From assembly GCA_963718615.1 (NCBI GenBank), contig OY970368.1, forward strand, positions 1,152,001 to 1,216,000: a stretch of 64,000 bases of DNA, in the 5' to 3' direction. Positions 41,687 to 51,415 of the stretch are shown piece after piece (positions within the stretch are counted from its first letter, which is position 1; each line of letters starts with the position of its first letter). The notes below the pieces were generated by a model. The model saw nothing but the letters and a program-made list of their open reading frames with translations, searched no databases and had not been told where the DNA came from. Origin of the DNA: an uncultured cyanobacterium. GTDB taxonomy: Bacteria; Cyanobacteriota; Cyanobacteriia; PCC-9006; JAAUQQ01. The translations under genes were made by a program, and so were the position numbers.

Positions 41687-43044
41687 GTTCTCAGCACTTG
41701 GCGCGTTTCCTGGGCTGCCGCTTGCATGGCGTCCTCCGCTGTCATCCGTCCGGTGAGGGCGGCGCTGAGATAGCGTTGCAAAATATCGGAGGCTTGGGCG
41801 TATTGGGCGATGGGGGGACGGAGGGAACTATTTTTGAGCACCTCTAGCATGGCCGGAAAATAGGGGTACTTTTCGACGATTTCCGGATCTTGATAAAGCG
41901 ATCGCCGCGAGGGTAAGTAGCCCCAGTCCAAGGCAATGGCTTTCTGCACCGCCGGACTAGAAAAGAACTCCACGGCTTTCCAGGTTTCCTCTGGATGGGC
42001 CGTAGTTTTGGCGATGCCCCAACCCCAACCCCCCTGACAGGCTCCACTGCGCTGGCCGGGGGCATGGACCATGGGCTTAATCGCAATTTTTCCCCTCACC
42101 GCTGAGTCTTCAGTCTGTGCCAGGGGCCAAGCGTAGGGCCAGTTGCGCATGTAGACCGCCTTGCCCGTTTGGAACAGACGCCGAGATTCTTCCTCTTGGT
42201 AGGTGGTGACGCCCGTGGGAGAGATGCGTTCGGCAATGGTGCTTTGGAGGAACTGGACGGCGGCGATCGCCTCCGGTCGATCCAATCCCACCTCTCGCGT
42301 TTGTGGATTCACCCAGAAGGCTCCATGCCCTGCCAAAATTTCCACAAACATTGCCGATAAGCCTTCGTATTGCTTGCCCTGCCAAACGTAGCCCCAGGGA
42401 ACTTTGCCGCTGTCCTGCAGCTCTTTGGCGCTTTGTTTGAGATCCTCGAAGGTTTCAGGGGGGGGCACATTGGCCTGGGCAATCAAATCCTTGCGGTAAT
42501 ACAGCATGCCAGCATCGGAGCGCAGCGGCATCCGATAGAGCCCGCCGTTGTAGCGACCCCCAGCCAAATCGCCCGGTAGATAATCCGCTTCGGCTTCAGG
42601 CGTCAGTCGGTCCGACAAATCCATCAGCCAACCCGCCGCCGCAAACTTGGGCACCCAAACAATGTCCATATAGACCAAGTCATAGGGCGAGTCGCCGAGC
42701 AAAAAGGCAGAGGTATAGAGGTCTTCGACTAAGTTGGTGGCGTTTGGCCCCTCAATCACATTAATCCGGATATTGGGATTTTCTGCCTCAAAAGCTTGGA
42801 TATGGGGTTGCCAAATGGAGATCTCTTGAGCCCCCACCAAAAACGTAAGGGTCACGGGCTGAGCCCAAACGGGAGAGCGGATCCCTGCGATCCCCAAGGC
42901 CAAAATCAGACCCAAAACCGTTAGACCCAGCAACCGATGCTGGGACCGAACCAGGGGGAGCCGCAGCCATCTCCAGCGGAATTTCACCGGGAATTTCACC
43001 AGGAATTTCGCTAAGGGGATCAACCGAGTCTGAAAAAGTGCCAT
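41683..43044 (-). CDS. Sugar ABC transporter substrate-binding protein
   Basis: D.VYMDIVW..FA, LYYRKDL, GYVWQG.QYEGL, RNWPY. Confidence 0.92.
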   Translation of the reverse strand: MALFQTRLIPLAKFLVKFPVKFRWRWLRLPLVRSQHRLLGLTVLGLILALGIAGIRSPVWAQPVTLTFLVGAQEISIWQPHIQAFEAENPNIRINVIEGPNATNLVEDLYTSAFLLGDSPYDLVYMDIVWVPKFAAAGWLMDLSDRLTPEAEADYLPGDLAGGRYNGGLYRMPLRSDAGMLYYRKDLIAQANVPPPETFEDLKQSAKELQDSGKVPWGYVWQGKQYEGLSAMFVEILAGHGAFWVNPQTREVGLDRPEAIAAVQFLQSTIAERISPTGVTTYQEEESRRLFQTGKAVYMRNWPYAWPLAQTEDSAVRGKIAIKPMVHAPGQRSGACQGGWGWGIAKTTAHPEETWKAVEFFSSPAVQKAIALDWGYLPSRRSLYQDPEIVEKYPYFPAMLEVLKNSSLRPPIAQYAQASDILQRYLSAALTGRMTAEDAMQAAAQETRQVLRT

Positions 43045-43143
43045 GGGAAGGGCGATCGCGATCGCAAGAACAAGCCTTCTTCTGATTGGACAATGCCAAC
43101 GACCCTTTCAGCAAGGTTTGCGTAAACAAATGCTACGACTGGT

Positions 43144-43344
43144 CTAAACCGATGTAATTAAGTTGGTAAAGGCTTCCGCCATCTGGGTGACGGTGGGATG
43201 TTGGAACAAAAACTCGCTGTAATCGGCGATCGTATCCAGACCCACCACATTTAAAGCCACTTCTACGGAGACCCAAACTGCCGTTTTCGTGAGCAATTTT
43301 CCCCAGCGAATTTTGGGTGATTCGGCTTCAAAACGGTATTTCAT
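43144..43344 (-). CDS. Small conserved cyanobacterial hypothetical protein
   Basis: W...E..LN.VGLD.IADYSEF pattern. Confidence 0.65.
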   Translation of the reverse strand: MKYRFEAESPKIRWGKLLTKTAVWVSVEVALNVVGLDTIADYSEFLFQHPTVTQMAEAFTNLITSV

Positions 43345-43455
43345 CGGGGTTACTGGCTGGGATTTTTGAGGATGTGTGAAGGAATGTATCTTTTTTGTGG
43401 GCGATCGCTCAAGTCGGTTTCAACGACAAACCGGTAGGGGTTTCCGCAGCTTTCC

Positions 43456-44514
43456 CTAGCTAGAAGTTTGGGCTAGCTTCGCCTGTTGAATAAAGCTGGC
43501 TTCAATCAACTGATTAGTTTGATTCGATGTCAGCGGTTTTTCAATTTGCCCTTCTGTGGCGAGAAACTGACTCAGTGTGGCCAGGTTATCCGCAAGCTTA
43601 GGAGCCCCAGTGGTTGCAGACAAAACCTGCAAATTGGTTTCCGGCGAAGTCAAGTCAACGCCTTGTAGCTGTTCTGCCACTTCTGCTTCTGAAATGTCCA
43701 GCTTCTTCGCAATGATGGGATAGGCTTCTTCAGGCTGATTTTTGATCAATTCCCGCCCTTGATAAATGCCATCGACAAAGGCCTGAACGGCGTCCGGATG
43801 AGCCGCAACATAGTCTGGTTGAAAAATATACAAATCCACAATCGCCGTCGGCAGCGCAGAAGTATCTAAAATGATGCGGCCATCGGGTTGGGCCTGATTA
43901 CTTTTTTGCAGGAAAGGTGAATAGGTCACCGCAATCTCTAAGCTGCCTGCTTGATAGGCCGCTGCGGATGCATCCGCAGCAATATTAACGACTTCGATGT
44001 CCTTGATCGAGAGATTAGCCTTTTCCTTGAGGGCTTGGATCAAAAAGTAATAGCTCGTACTGCCAATTTCGACCCCGACTTTGCGCCCTTTGAAATCCGC
44101 TAAATCCTTAACACTGCTGCGGGCCAGAATGCCATCGCCCCCTAGGGAAGCATCGGCCATTTGCACAATGCGATAGTCTACGCCTCGAGCCGCGTGGGTG
44201 ACGATTTCTGGATTTGTCGCCGCCTGGGCCACCAATTTGCCTGCGGCAAAGGTCGAGAGGTTGTCCCCATTGGCACTAAACACCTTGACCTCAACCGTTG
44301 CCCCATGGTCCTTAAAAAAGCCCTTGGCATCCGCCACGTAAAGCGGAGAATAGCCAATCCAAGGCACGCCACCCACGGTAATGGTTGGAGCCGCAGCATT
44401 GCCGACCGCTGTTCCGGTCGACCCCTTGGAGCAACCATGCAGCATCAGGCCACCGGCCAGACCGCCCATTAGCCAGAGTGCTTTGCGTCGGGAAACCACT
44501 GTAATCTCTCTCAT
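43456..44514 (-). CDS. NitT/TauT-type ABC substrate-binding lipoprotein (Tat)
   Basis: SRRKAL twin-Arg, LHGC lipobox, W.GY.P.YVA..KGFF, S.GGDGI. Confidence 0.88.
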   Translation of the reverse strand: MREITVVSRRKALWLMGGLAGGLMLHGCSKGSTGTAVGNAAAPTITVGGVPWIGYSPLYVADAKGFFKDHGATVEVKVFSANGDNLSTFAAGKLVAQAATNPEIVTHAARGVDYRIVQMADASLGGDGILARSSVKDLADFKGRKVGVEIGSTSYYFLIQALKEKANLSIKDIEVVNIAADASAAAYQAGSLEIAVTYSPFLQKSNQAQPDGRIILDTSALPTAIVDLYIFQPDYVAAHPDAVQAFVDGIYQGRELIKNQPEEAYPIIAKKLDISEAEVAEQLQGVDLTSPETNLQVLSATTGAPKLADNLATLSQFLATEGQIEKPLTSNQTNQLIEASFIQQAKLAQTSS

Positions 44515-44633
44515 GAGATGGACCTAAAACTCCATAATTTTGAATGCAAGCCAAAGAACTGAGCAGATTAAAGCCCAATTCGTCAGCGGGGTTGATCAAT
44601 AGCGGATTGATCACTGTCGCGTATTACGCCTAT

Positions 44634-45572
44634 TCATGAACATTGAGTTCCGACATGGGCCTCTCTTAGCTGCTGTAGGACCTGACGTTTGATCTCAACA
44701 AACTCGGGACTGAGCTTGAGATCGAGCGATCGCGGCTGGGGCAACGGAACCTGCAATTGCGTTTGGGATAGACCCGACTGCGGATGCAGGATATAGAGAC
44801 GTTGAGACAGATAAATGGCTTCTTCTACATCGTGGGTCACCATCAAAACCGTTGTCTGGGTTTGCTCCCAAAGGCCCAGCAAAAACTGCTGCATTTGCTC
44901 TCGGGTTTGGGCATCTAGGGCTCCGAAGGGCTCATCCATCAGCAACACTTCAGGCTCATTGACAAGGGCACGGGCGATCGCTACCCGTTGCTTCATGCCG
45001 CCGGAGAGCTGTTTCGGATAAGCTTGGGAAAATTCTGTGAGACCCACAACTCCAAGAAAATAGGCGACCCGTTCTTGCACCGTTTTTTTGGGCAGCTTAC
45101 GAAGATTTAGCCCAAAGGCAATGTTTTGAGCAACCGTAAGCCAGGGATAGAGGGTGTAGCCTTGGAAGACCATGCCCCGGTCAGATCCGGGACCTATTAC
45201 GGAATGGCCATCGATGCGCAGCCTGCCCTGGGTGGGGGGCGTGAGTCCGGCAATAATATTGAGCAGCGTCGATTTGCCGCTCCCGGATGCCCCCACTAGA
45301 CAAACCAATTCTCCTGGATACAGCACGAGGTTGATCGCGGGTAGAACCGTGCGGCAAACGCCTTCTCTCTGAAGTTTTTTCGTGACCTCAATGACCTCTA
45401 GTTTGGGCAGTTTTAGTTTGGGCGGTGTTAGTTTGGGCAATTCTAGCTTAGGAAAGCTGGGGTCAGAGAGCGCTAGATCGGGTGGTTTTTGATGCACTCG
45501 GGAGGATTGGGAAAAGGGAAGGCCAAGCATAGACATTAAAAAAACCATTGACGATGGCGAGTTGAATCGCAA
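44634..45572 (-). CDS. NitT/TauT-type ABC ATP-binding protein
   Basis: GASGSGKS, LSGGMKQR, DEPFGALD, VTHD; start uncertain. Confidence 0.93.
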   Translation of the reverse strand: MRFNSPSSMVFLMSMLGLPFSQSSRVHQKPPDLALSDPSFPKLELPKLTPPKLKLPKLEVIEVTKKLQREGVCRTVLPAINLVLYPGELVCLVGASGSGKSTLLNIIAGLTPPTQGRLRIDGHSVIGPGSDRGMVFQGYTLYPWLTVAQNIAFGLNLRKLPKKTVQERVAYFLGVVGLTEFSQAYPKQLSGGMKQRVAIARALVNEPEVLLMDEPFGALDAQTREQMQQFLLGLWEQTQTTVLMVTHDVEEAIYLSQRLYILHPQSGLSQTQLQVPLPQPRSLDLKLSPEFVEIKRQVLQQLREAHVGTQCS

Positions 45573-45834
45573 GTTAGAGTACGAGTCAAACTCTACAGAA
45601 TGCTGATTTTGAACATCTATTTCAATATCTATAGGGTCTATGGATTTCGTTTTTATTCATTATTTATGGTTTTTGCAGAGCTAAAATATTTCAATGCAAA
45701 AACGGTTTCTGTGCAAACTATAGCTGTAGCCTTCCCTAGAGAGCTTGTGTATTTTTTCAGAGATTTGCTAGGTATTGGAGTTCATTAACTCGGTTTAAAT
45801 TGGGCACTCTAAACTAAAAATCTCAACTCACCCC

Positions 45835-46725
45835 ATGGCTAATCCGCAAGCTCATTCCCATCTAGAACCCACTCAGACTGATCCGATGAGCTTAGGCTTT
45901 GCCCGGCAGCCCTCACAGCGACTTCGGGCTTCTCGCTTGTGGTCGATTCGTCAGGAATTTCCGCGATCGCTTGCCTGGGCGCTCTCTGCCCTTTCCGTAG
46001 TCCTGCTGCTGTTAGTTTGGTCAGTCATCAGTTATGGGGGGTGGATTAAGCCGCTATTTTTGCCGACGCCCACAGCGGTTATCCAAGCAGGGATCGAGTT
46101 GCTAACTCAAGCCTCTTTATTAAATGATATTTGGGCAAGTTCATTGCGAGTCTTTTGGGGATTTGGCTTGTCTGCAATCATCGGTGTTCCGATTGGTATT
46201 GCCATGGGTACATTCGCCAGCCTCAATAGTTTTTTTGGACCAATTGTAAGCCTAGCTCGCTATATGCCCATTGTGGCCTTTGTACCGCTGATTATTATTT
46301 GGACCGGAATTGGTGAGCTGTCCAAAGTCGTAATTATTTTTCTCGCACTGGTGCTTTACAACACGCTAATGGTGGCCGATGCAGTGAAGTTTATTCCCGA
46401 TGAAATGATTAACGTGGCATACACGCTAGGAGGACGACGACGGGATGTCCTCTTGCGGGTGATTTTTCCGGCAGCGTTGCCCAGCATTTTAGATACCTTG
46501 CGGGTCAATGTTTCGGCAGCGTGGAATTTTTTGGTGGTGGCTGAGCTGATTGCTGCCGAAAAGGGTTTGGGGTTTCGGATTTTACAATCTCAGCGATTTT
46601 TGCAAACGGATCGGGTGATTTTTTGTGTGATTTTAATTGGGGCGATCGGGTGGTTGATTGACTCTGGTTTGCAGCGGCTGAGTCAGGCGATCGCCCCCTG
46701 GGCGGACCAATCTCGTCAGGGCTAA
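45835..46725 (+). CDS. NitT/TauT-type ABC permease
   Basis: FLPTP, S..RV..G, EAA-like AYTLG, AELIAA..GLG. Confidence 0.93.
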   Translation: MANPQAHSHLEPTQTDPMSLGFARQPSQRLRASRLWSIRQEFPRSLAWALSALSVVLLLLVWSVISYGGWIKPLFLPTPTAVIQAGIELLTQASLLNDIWASSLRVFWGFGLSAIIGVPIGIAMGTFASLNSFFGPIVSLARYMPIVAFVPLIIIWTGIGELSKVVIIFLALVLYNTLMVADAVKFIPDEMINVAYTLGGRRRDVLLRVIFPAALPSILDTLRVNVSAAWNFLVVAELIAAEKGLGFRILQSQRFLQTDRVIFCVILIGAIGWLIDSGLQRLSQAIAPWADQSRQG

Positions 46726-46782
46726 AACGAGCTAACGTTCTAAAGTTCTTCCGCAGTTCTTCTGCAAAATTTTGGGTTAAAC

Positions 46783-47322
46783 CTACGGCTCCCGGTGTTG
46801 GACCTGCGCAAGATAGGCTCGCACCACCTGAAGCTGGGGGCCGGTGGGCTGAGTCGGCGGATGGGTTTGCTTCATCCAGGCTAGTGCGTCAAGCCAATCC
46901 AGATGGCGATAGCGGCAGAGATAGGCCAAACAGACCAGGGGCGATCGCTCCATCCCGGCCCAACAGTGCACATAGACAGGTCGCCGCCGCTGCAAATGCC
47001 AGTGAACCAAATCAACGGCGTCTGACAACTCTTCGATTTCTAGGGGGCGGGTATAGCGACTATCGGGCATGGGCACCCGCAGACAGCAAAACGCGGCCCG
47101 AATCTCCGGCGGGAGCTGGCCTTCCCATTCGCTACAGAGGGAGAGAATCACCTGGATCTGGCGATCGCCCAACGGCTCTCGATACAGCCGAGTTGGAAAA
47201 CAGCCAACGGCCAATTCTCCCTGCAAAACCCAGTGAATACAAGGAGAAACTCGCTCGGGCGGAAACAGCCGCCCAGACAGCCGCCCAGACAGCCCGTGAA
47301 ACAGTCGCCTCGCTTTTGTCAT
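46783..47322 (-). CDS. Dual-specificity protein phosphatase
   Basis: VYVHCWAGMERS (CX5R). Confidence 0.9.
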   Translation of the reverse strand: MTKARRLFHGLSGRLSGRLFPPERVSPCIHWVLQGELAVGCFPTRLYREPLGDRQIQVILSLCSEWEGQLPPEIRAAFCCLRVPMPDSRYTRPLEIEELSDAVDLVHWHLQRRRPVYVHCWAGMERSPLVCLAYLCRYRHLDWLDALAWMKQTHPPTQPTGPQLQVVRAYLAQVQHREP

Positions 47323-47456
47323 CCGCTTTGACCCGCTATGCTGCGTTGGTTACTTTTCCACCGCAACCGTTCTGGCCTCCGGACACTGGCTTTCAGACAA
47401 GGGATCAGAACACTGAATCAGGTCGTAGGATTAGGCCACAGCATCAGGCCAAAGTA

Positions 47457-48653
47457 TCAGGTATCCCCAGGCAGTCGGTACTGCTGAATAATGCGCTTAG
47501 CAAACTCAGGCACATGGCGATCGAACTTGTCCGGGTGGGTTCGCCGCACGTAGAGATAATTGCGGGTGAAATGAGAATCAATGGAAAATCGTCCGTATTC
47601 CAAACCCTTCGGACCGATTTTTTCGATCACGACACCCATCAGCTTTGCAGCCCAGAGGGGAAGCGTGACGCCCTTTTCGTAGGCGGGGATACTTTGTTGG
47701 ACGGCGGCTTTGCGATCGCCACTCGAAGCCACCGGCTGGGTCTCTAGCTGATCCTTAACCAACTCCAACATTTCCGCCCCGGTTTCGTTCCGCACCACCA
47801 ACCACTGCCAGCCAAAGGGCGCACCCATGTAGCCCACCACCAGATCCGCCAGGGCATTGGTGTAGTCAAAACAGCTCAAGCAAGAGGGGGCAAACACGTC
47901 CTTGAGTTGGTTGGTCTTGAGGCCAAAAAACGGCACCTTTTCGCTAGAGCCGTCCTCATGGTTGAAATGGACATTAAAGTCCTGCATAAACTCGTAGTGG
48001 ACCACGGTTTGGGGCGATCGACTGGTGGTTTCCAAAAATTTAGTTAACCCCTCGCGGGAGACATTATCCACACAGGGCGTTCCGAGGATATAGAGCTTTT
48101 CGAGGCCGAGTTTGTCCTGGACCGCTCGCAACGCCTGGATCTGACAGCCCACGCCAATGGCCAAGAGGCGTTTCATGCCCGACTGTTCCACCAAATCCAA
48201 CACCGACAGATTGGGCGACAGCGTCGGCTTATTCACCCGTGCCGCGAGTACTTCTTCTGGGGTCCGGGCAATCACGGGCTTGGGCTGAAAGCGGTCTTCC
48301 TCAGTGTTTTGGACACAAATCACCCCTTCGACGAGGCCCCGATTGAGCATTTCGATGGCGATCGAGCTGACAATGCCGGTCCACTGTGCCCCCGGAATCG
48401 GCTCCTGTTTACGGGCGGCCACCATGGTTTGATGTACGCCAAAATAGAGCTCCTCGGGATTGTCTAAATCCCGCTGCCGCCCGTGGGACTGGGTTTCGAG
48501 CTGATCAAACTGCTGATGGAGAAAGGCGCAGGCGTCCTTGACATAGTGGACATAGGAGGTGTCGCAGAGTCCGCACTGGCTGCACAGATCCTTGGCGGGG
48601 TAGGTGCCACCGGGCTTAATCGGGCGGGCTTTTTTGTGAGGTGAGGCAATCAT
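47457..48653 (-). CDS. bciB: FrhB-family ferredoxin-dependent 8-vinyl (divinyl chlorophyllide) reductase
   Basis: CSQCGLC, GAQWTG, GVGCQ, GTPCVDN, SCLSCFDY. Confidence 0.85.
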   Translation of the reverse strand: MIASPHKKARPIKPGGTYPAKDLCSQCGLCDTSYVHYVKDACAFLHQQFDQLETQSHGRQRDLDNPEELYFGVHQTMVAARKQEPIPGAQWTGIVSSIAIEMLNRGLVEGVICVQNTEEDRFQPKPVIARTPEEVLAARVNKPTLSPNLSVLDLVEQSGMKRLLAIGVGCQIQALRAVQDKLGLEKLYILGTPCVDNVSREGLTKFLETTSRSPQTVVHYEFMQDFNVHFNHEDGSSEKVPFFGLKTNQLKDVFAPSCLSCFDYTNALADLVVGYMGAPFGWQWLVVRNETGAEMLELVKDQLETQPVASSGDRKAAVQQSIPAYEKGVTLPLWAAKLMGVVIEKIGPKGLEYGRFSIDSHFTRNYLYVRRTHPDKFDRHVPEFAKRIIQQYRLPGDT

Positions 48654-48885
48654 GAATTCTTCCACCAAGGATGCTGCTGATCACCATATCGCCTGATGTG
48701 GAGAGCCTTGGAGTTTTGTAAAGAAATGATGCACAGGCGGAGGCTAGATTCTGGGTCGACCCCAAGTTTTCCACAGTGGCAAAGCGCCTAGAAAGGTTTT
48801 GTCCTGGGAATTGGCGAGGTTGAGGAGAGGGATTGGCGATCGCCCCAAGCCCATTCAATCGTCCACTCTGATTACTTATGGTGTT

Positions 48886-48932
48886 TTGACATCGAATCCA
48901 GTTAGGAATAATATTTCTGTAACAACCAATAC
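48886..48932 (+). promoter_or_regulatory. Sigma70 promoter with overlapping NtcA box
   Basis: TTGACA 48886-48891, 17-nt spacer, TAATAT 48909-48914, GTA-N8-TAC 48919-48932. Confidence 0.8.
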
Positions 48933-49032
48933 TTTTTAGTAATTGGTATTTGTTGGTATTTGATCGTTGGTCTATCGTTGGTCTTCAGATCATTGGCATT
49001 TGAGCTTTTAAACGTTGACGGAGGGAAAAGCA

Positions 49033-49218
49033 ATGCAAATGTGTTATCGCGGCGTGCGCTATGAATATGACCCCCACCCCATCGAGTATCAGGAAGGAGA
49101 GGTGATTGGGCGATATCGCGGTCGTCCGGTGCGATCCCATGAGATCCGCCGGGGCTACGCCTGGATCGAGCATCTCCATGCCCTGCTCACTTATCGTGGC
49201 GTATCTTACGAAAGCTAG
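49033..49218 (+). CDS. DUF4278 domain small protein
   Basis: Repeated YRGV.Y / GRYRG / LTYRGVSY. Confidence 0.85.
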   Translation: MQMCYRGVRYEYDPHPIEYQEGEVIGRYRGRPVRSHEIRRGYAWIEHLHALLTYRGVSYES

Positions 49219-49261
49219 AGTATCTCTTTAGACAAGGACAATCCAAAAAACTCCCTTAGTG

Positions 49262-49298
49262 TCCAGGCATTTCCAGTGGAATAGCCTGGAATTTTTTG
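49262..49298 (+). terminator. Intrinsic terminator candidate
   Basis: TCCAGGC..GCCTGGA stem followed by a T run. Confidence 0.6.
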
Positions 49299-49451
49299 TT
49301 ATATTTTTAACCCAGTTGTTCGCAGACCCAAACTATCCGGGATTGGAGCTTTTTCGCCCGAAATCAGTATTACCAGGCTGCTTCCTGCTCTAGCCCAGCC
49401 GCTGTTTGAGGACGGTCTCAGCCCCCAGTTGGAAATCTACCCCGGCCCACC

Positions 49452-50642
49452 ATGCTGCCCAATTCCTGGAAAATTGCGTCGCACGCGTTTCGTTTAGCGC
49501 TGCCTTTGATGGCGATCGCCCTTTGTCCTCTGAGCGGTGCCTTTGCCCAGTCCCTCCCCCCCCGCAATGAGAGCCGCCCCCTCAAGGTTGGGGTCAAAGC
49601 CTTTCAACCCTTTGTGTTTCTGCCAGATACCGTCAAGCGACGGTCCGCAGAGCCCCTCTCGGTGTCCTCCCGTCTGGCATTGTTGCAAACGGAAGCCCAG
49701 CAGCCCTACGGTTACAGCATTGACCTGTGGAATGCCATCGCCCGAGAAACCAATGTCCAAACCGAATTTGTTCCCTACGCCTCGGTGCAAGAGCTGCTGG
49801 CAGCGGTCAAGGGTGGGGATGTGGATATTGGCATTGCAGGCATTTCCATCACCGCTGATCGTCTTGAAACTGGCCTTAATTTTTCCTATCCCTTTTTCCA
49901 GTCCGGTCTTCAGCTCATGGTCAAAAAAGACCAAAATTTTGGACTGGGGCGTTTTTTAACCTTTTTGCAAAACTGGGCCTCGATCCGTGCGGTTCTCCTG
50001 GTGATTGGCAGTAGTGCAGTGGTGGGTAGCCTGGTTTGGGCGCTCGAACACAAACACAACGAAGGTTTTCCCGCCCGTCCGTTGGAGGGCATTGGCCAGG
50101 GCTTTTGGTTCGCGATTGTTACCCTGGGTACCTTTGGCTATGGGGATGTAACGCCTGTGAAGCTGCCAGCCCGGATTATTACCAGCGTTTGGATGGGAAT
50201 CAGCTTTTTTATCGTGGCGGACTTTATCTCCTCCATGGCCGTGCAGGGCATCGAAGGCAACGTCAAAACCTTCTACGATTTGAGGGGAGAGAAAATTGGG
50301 GTGGTTGAGGGAACAACCGGTGCCAACTTTGTGCGATCGCAACCGGTCATCCCCCAGGTCTACAAAACCTTTGACGATGCCGTAACTGCGCTGGGTTCAG
50401 GCAAAATTGCGGGAATCGTGCGGGACTACCCCGAGATCCAATATTTTGTGGCGCGTAATCCTGAATTTGAGACTGTGGGCGATCGCCTCACCCGTGAGGA
50501 CTACGGCATTGCCGTCACCCCCGACAACTATGCGTTGCTCAAGGAAATCAACTATGCCCTGCTGATCTTGCAAGAGCGGGGGGTCTTGCGATCCCTCGAT
50601 GAAAAATGGTTTGGACCAAAGGCCATCGGCACCGAGCCCTAA
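49452..50642 (+). CDS. GluR0-like ligand-gated ion channel (SBP_bac_3 with inserted K+ pore)
   Basis: GYSIDLW, ISITADR, TM, pore WFAIVTLGTFGYGD, TM, GTT, YGIA, KWFG. Confidence 0.88.
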   Translation: MLPNSWKIASHAFRLALPLMAIALCPLSGAFAQSLPPRNESRPLKVGVKAFQPFVFLPDTVKRRSAEPLSVSSRLALLQTEAQQPYGYSIDLWNAIARETNVQTEFVPYASVQELLAAVKGGDVDIGIAGISITADRLETGLNFSYPFFQSGLQLMVKKDQNFGLGRFLTFLQNWASIRAVLLVIGSSAVVGSLVWALEHKHNEGFPARPLEGIGQGFWFAIVTLGTFGYGDVTPVKLPARIITSVWMGISFFIVADFISSMAVQGIEGNVKTFYDLRGEKIGVVEGTTGANFVRSQPVIPQVYKTFDDAVTALGSGKIAGIVRDYPEIQYFVARNPEFETVGDRLTREDYGIAVTPDNYALLKEINYALLILQERGVLRSLDEKWFGPKAIGTEP

Positions 50643-50956
50643 CGTCCTGGGTGATCCCCATGGCTCGGGCAAGGCGGTGCAGAAATCGACCGATTCAGCC
50701 AGCCGACAGCCTGCTCCAGTCGAGGCAACGCCTCCGGAGCCTGATCCCGCAGTAAAAACACCAGCGCCGCTGCCACCAGTTCCTTCGCGCGCACACCGCG
50801 ATTGGCCTTTTGTTTGTGCCAATGACCTTCCGTCAGCATCAAGCGCTCTGCCAGAGCCTGGGCTAGTTCTAGGGTGCTGAGATGCTCAACCTTTTGTTGC
50901 AGGGGACTCTGCAATCCGAGGGATTGAGGGGCTGAGGTTCGAGGGGCTGAGACCAT
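50639..50956 (-). CDS. Conserved cyanobacterial protein (DUF6439-like)
   Basis: ELAQALAERL, WH..K.NR..RA.E, GWL...APPCP.HG. Confidence 0.7.
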   Translation of the reverse strand: MVSAPRTSAPQSLGLQSPLQQKVEHLSTLELAQALAERLMLTEGHWHKQKANRGVRAKELVAAALVFLLRDQAPEALPRLEQAVGWLNRSISAPPCPSHGDHPGR

Positions 50957-51011
50957 GGCGATCGCTCCATTCCTTGTTACATTCAATGGGATTCGCTTTC
51001 CATCTTGACTC

Positions 51012-51383
51012 ATGACGCAGCCAAACGGGCCAGACCAGGACAGCAATACCGGCGCTGAGAATTGGGCTGAGTTTGACCAGGCGTTTGAAAAGGTCCAGCA
51101 GCAATGCCGCGATCTCCAGGACCGCTATGGCCAGGTGCGGCGCGATCTGCGGATGCAGGCAGCGCTCCGCGCTGAGCAAGCAGACCTCTCTCAGCAGGGT
51201 TTTAGCCCAGACGCTCTCAGCCAAGAACTTCAGAAAATCCGGCAGGAGCTAGACGAAATCGAAGTGGCCTTGGAAAGTCGCTTGCTCTCCTGGGAGAGTT
51301 TTCGTGAACCCTTTTGGCAAATGGTGCGGTTCGGCGGTTTGGGCGTTCTCGTCGGCTGGTTGCTGAAATCCTGGGCGGGTTGA
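51012..51383 (+). CDS. Conserved coiled-coil protein with C-terminal TM
   Basis: LESRLLSW..EPFWQ.VRFGGLG..GWLLK. Confidence 0.7.
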   Translation: MTQPNGPDQDSNTGAENWAEFDQAFEKVQQQCRDLQDRYGQVRRDLRMQAALRAEQADLSQQGFSPDALSQELQKIRQELDEIEVALESRLLSWESFREPFWQMVRFGGLGVLVGWLLKSWAG

Positions 51384-51415
51384 GGGTGTTTGGGGGGGGC
51401 AAGGGGATATGTGGT

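Noticed and set aside
46884-47747. 287-aa plus-strand ORF
   Set aside because: Overlaps two well-supported minus-strand genes and has no motifs
48960-49035. Glutamine (glnA-type) riboswitch before DUF4278
   Set aside because: ATCGTTGG resembles the 5' end, but the GGAAGT and GAAG.AACG elements are absent; an Rfam scan would settle it
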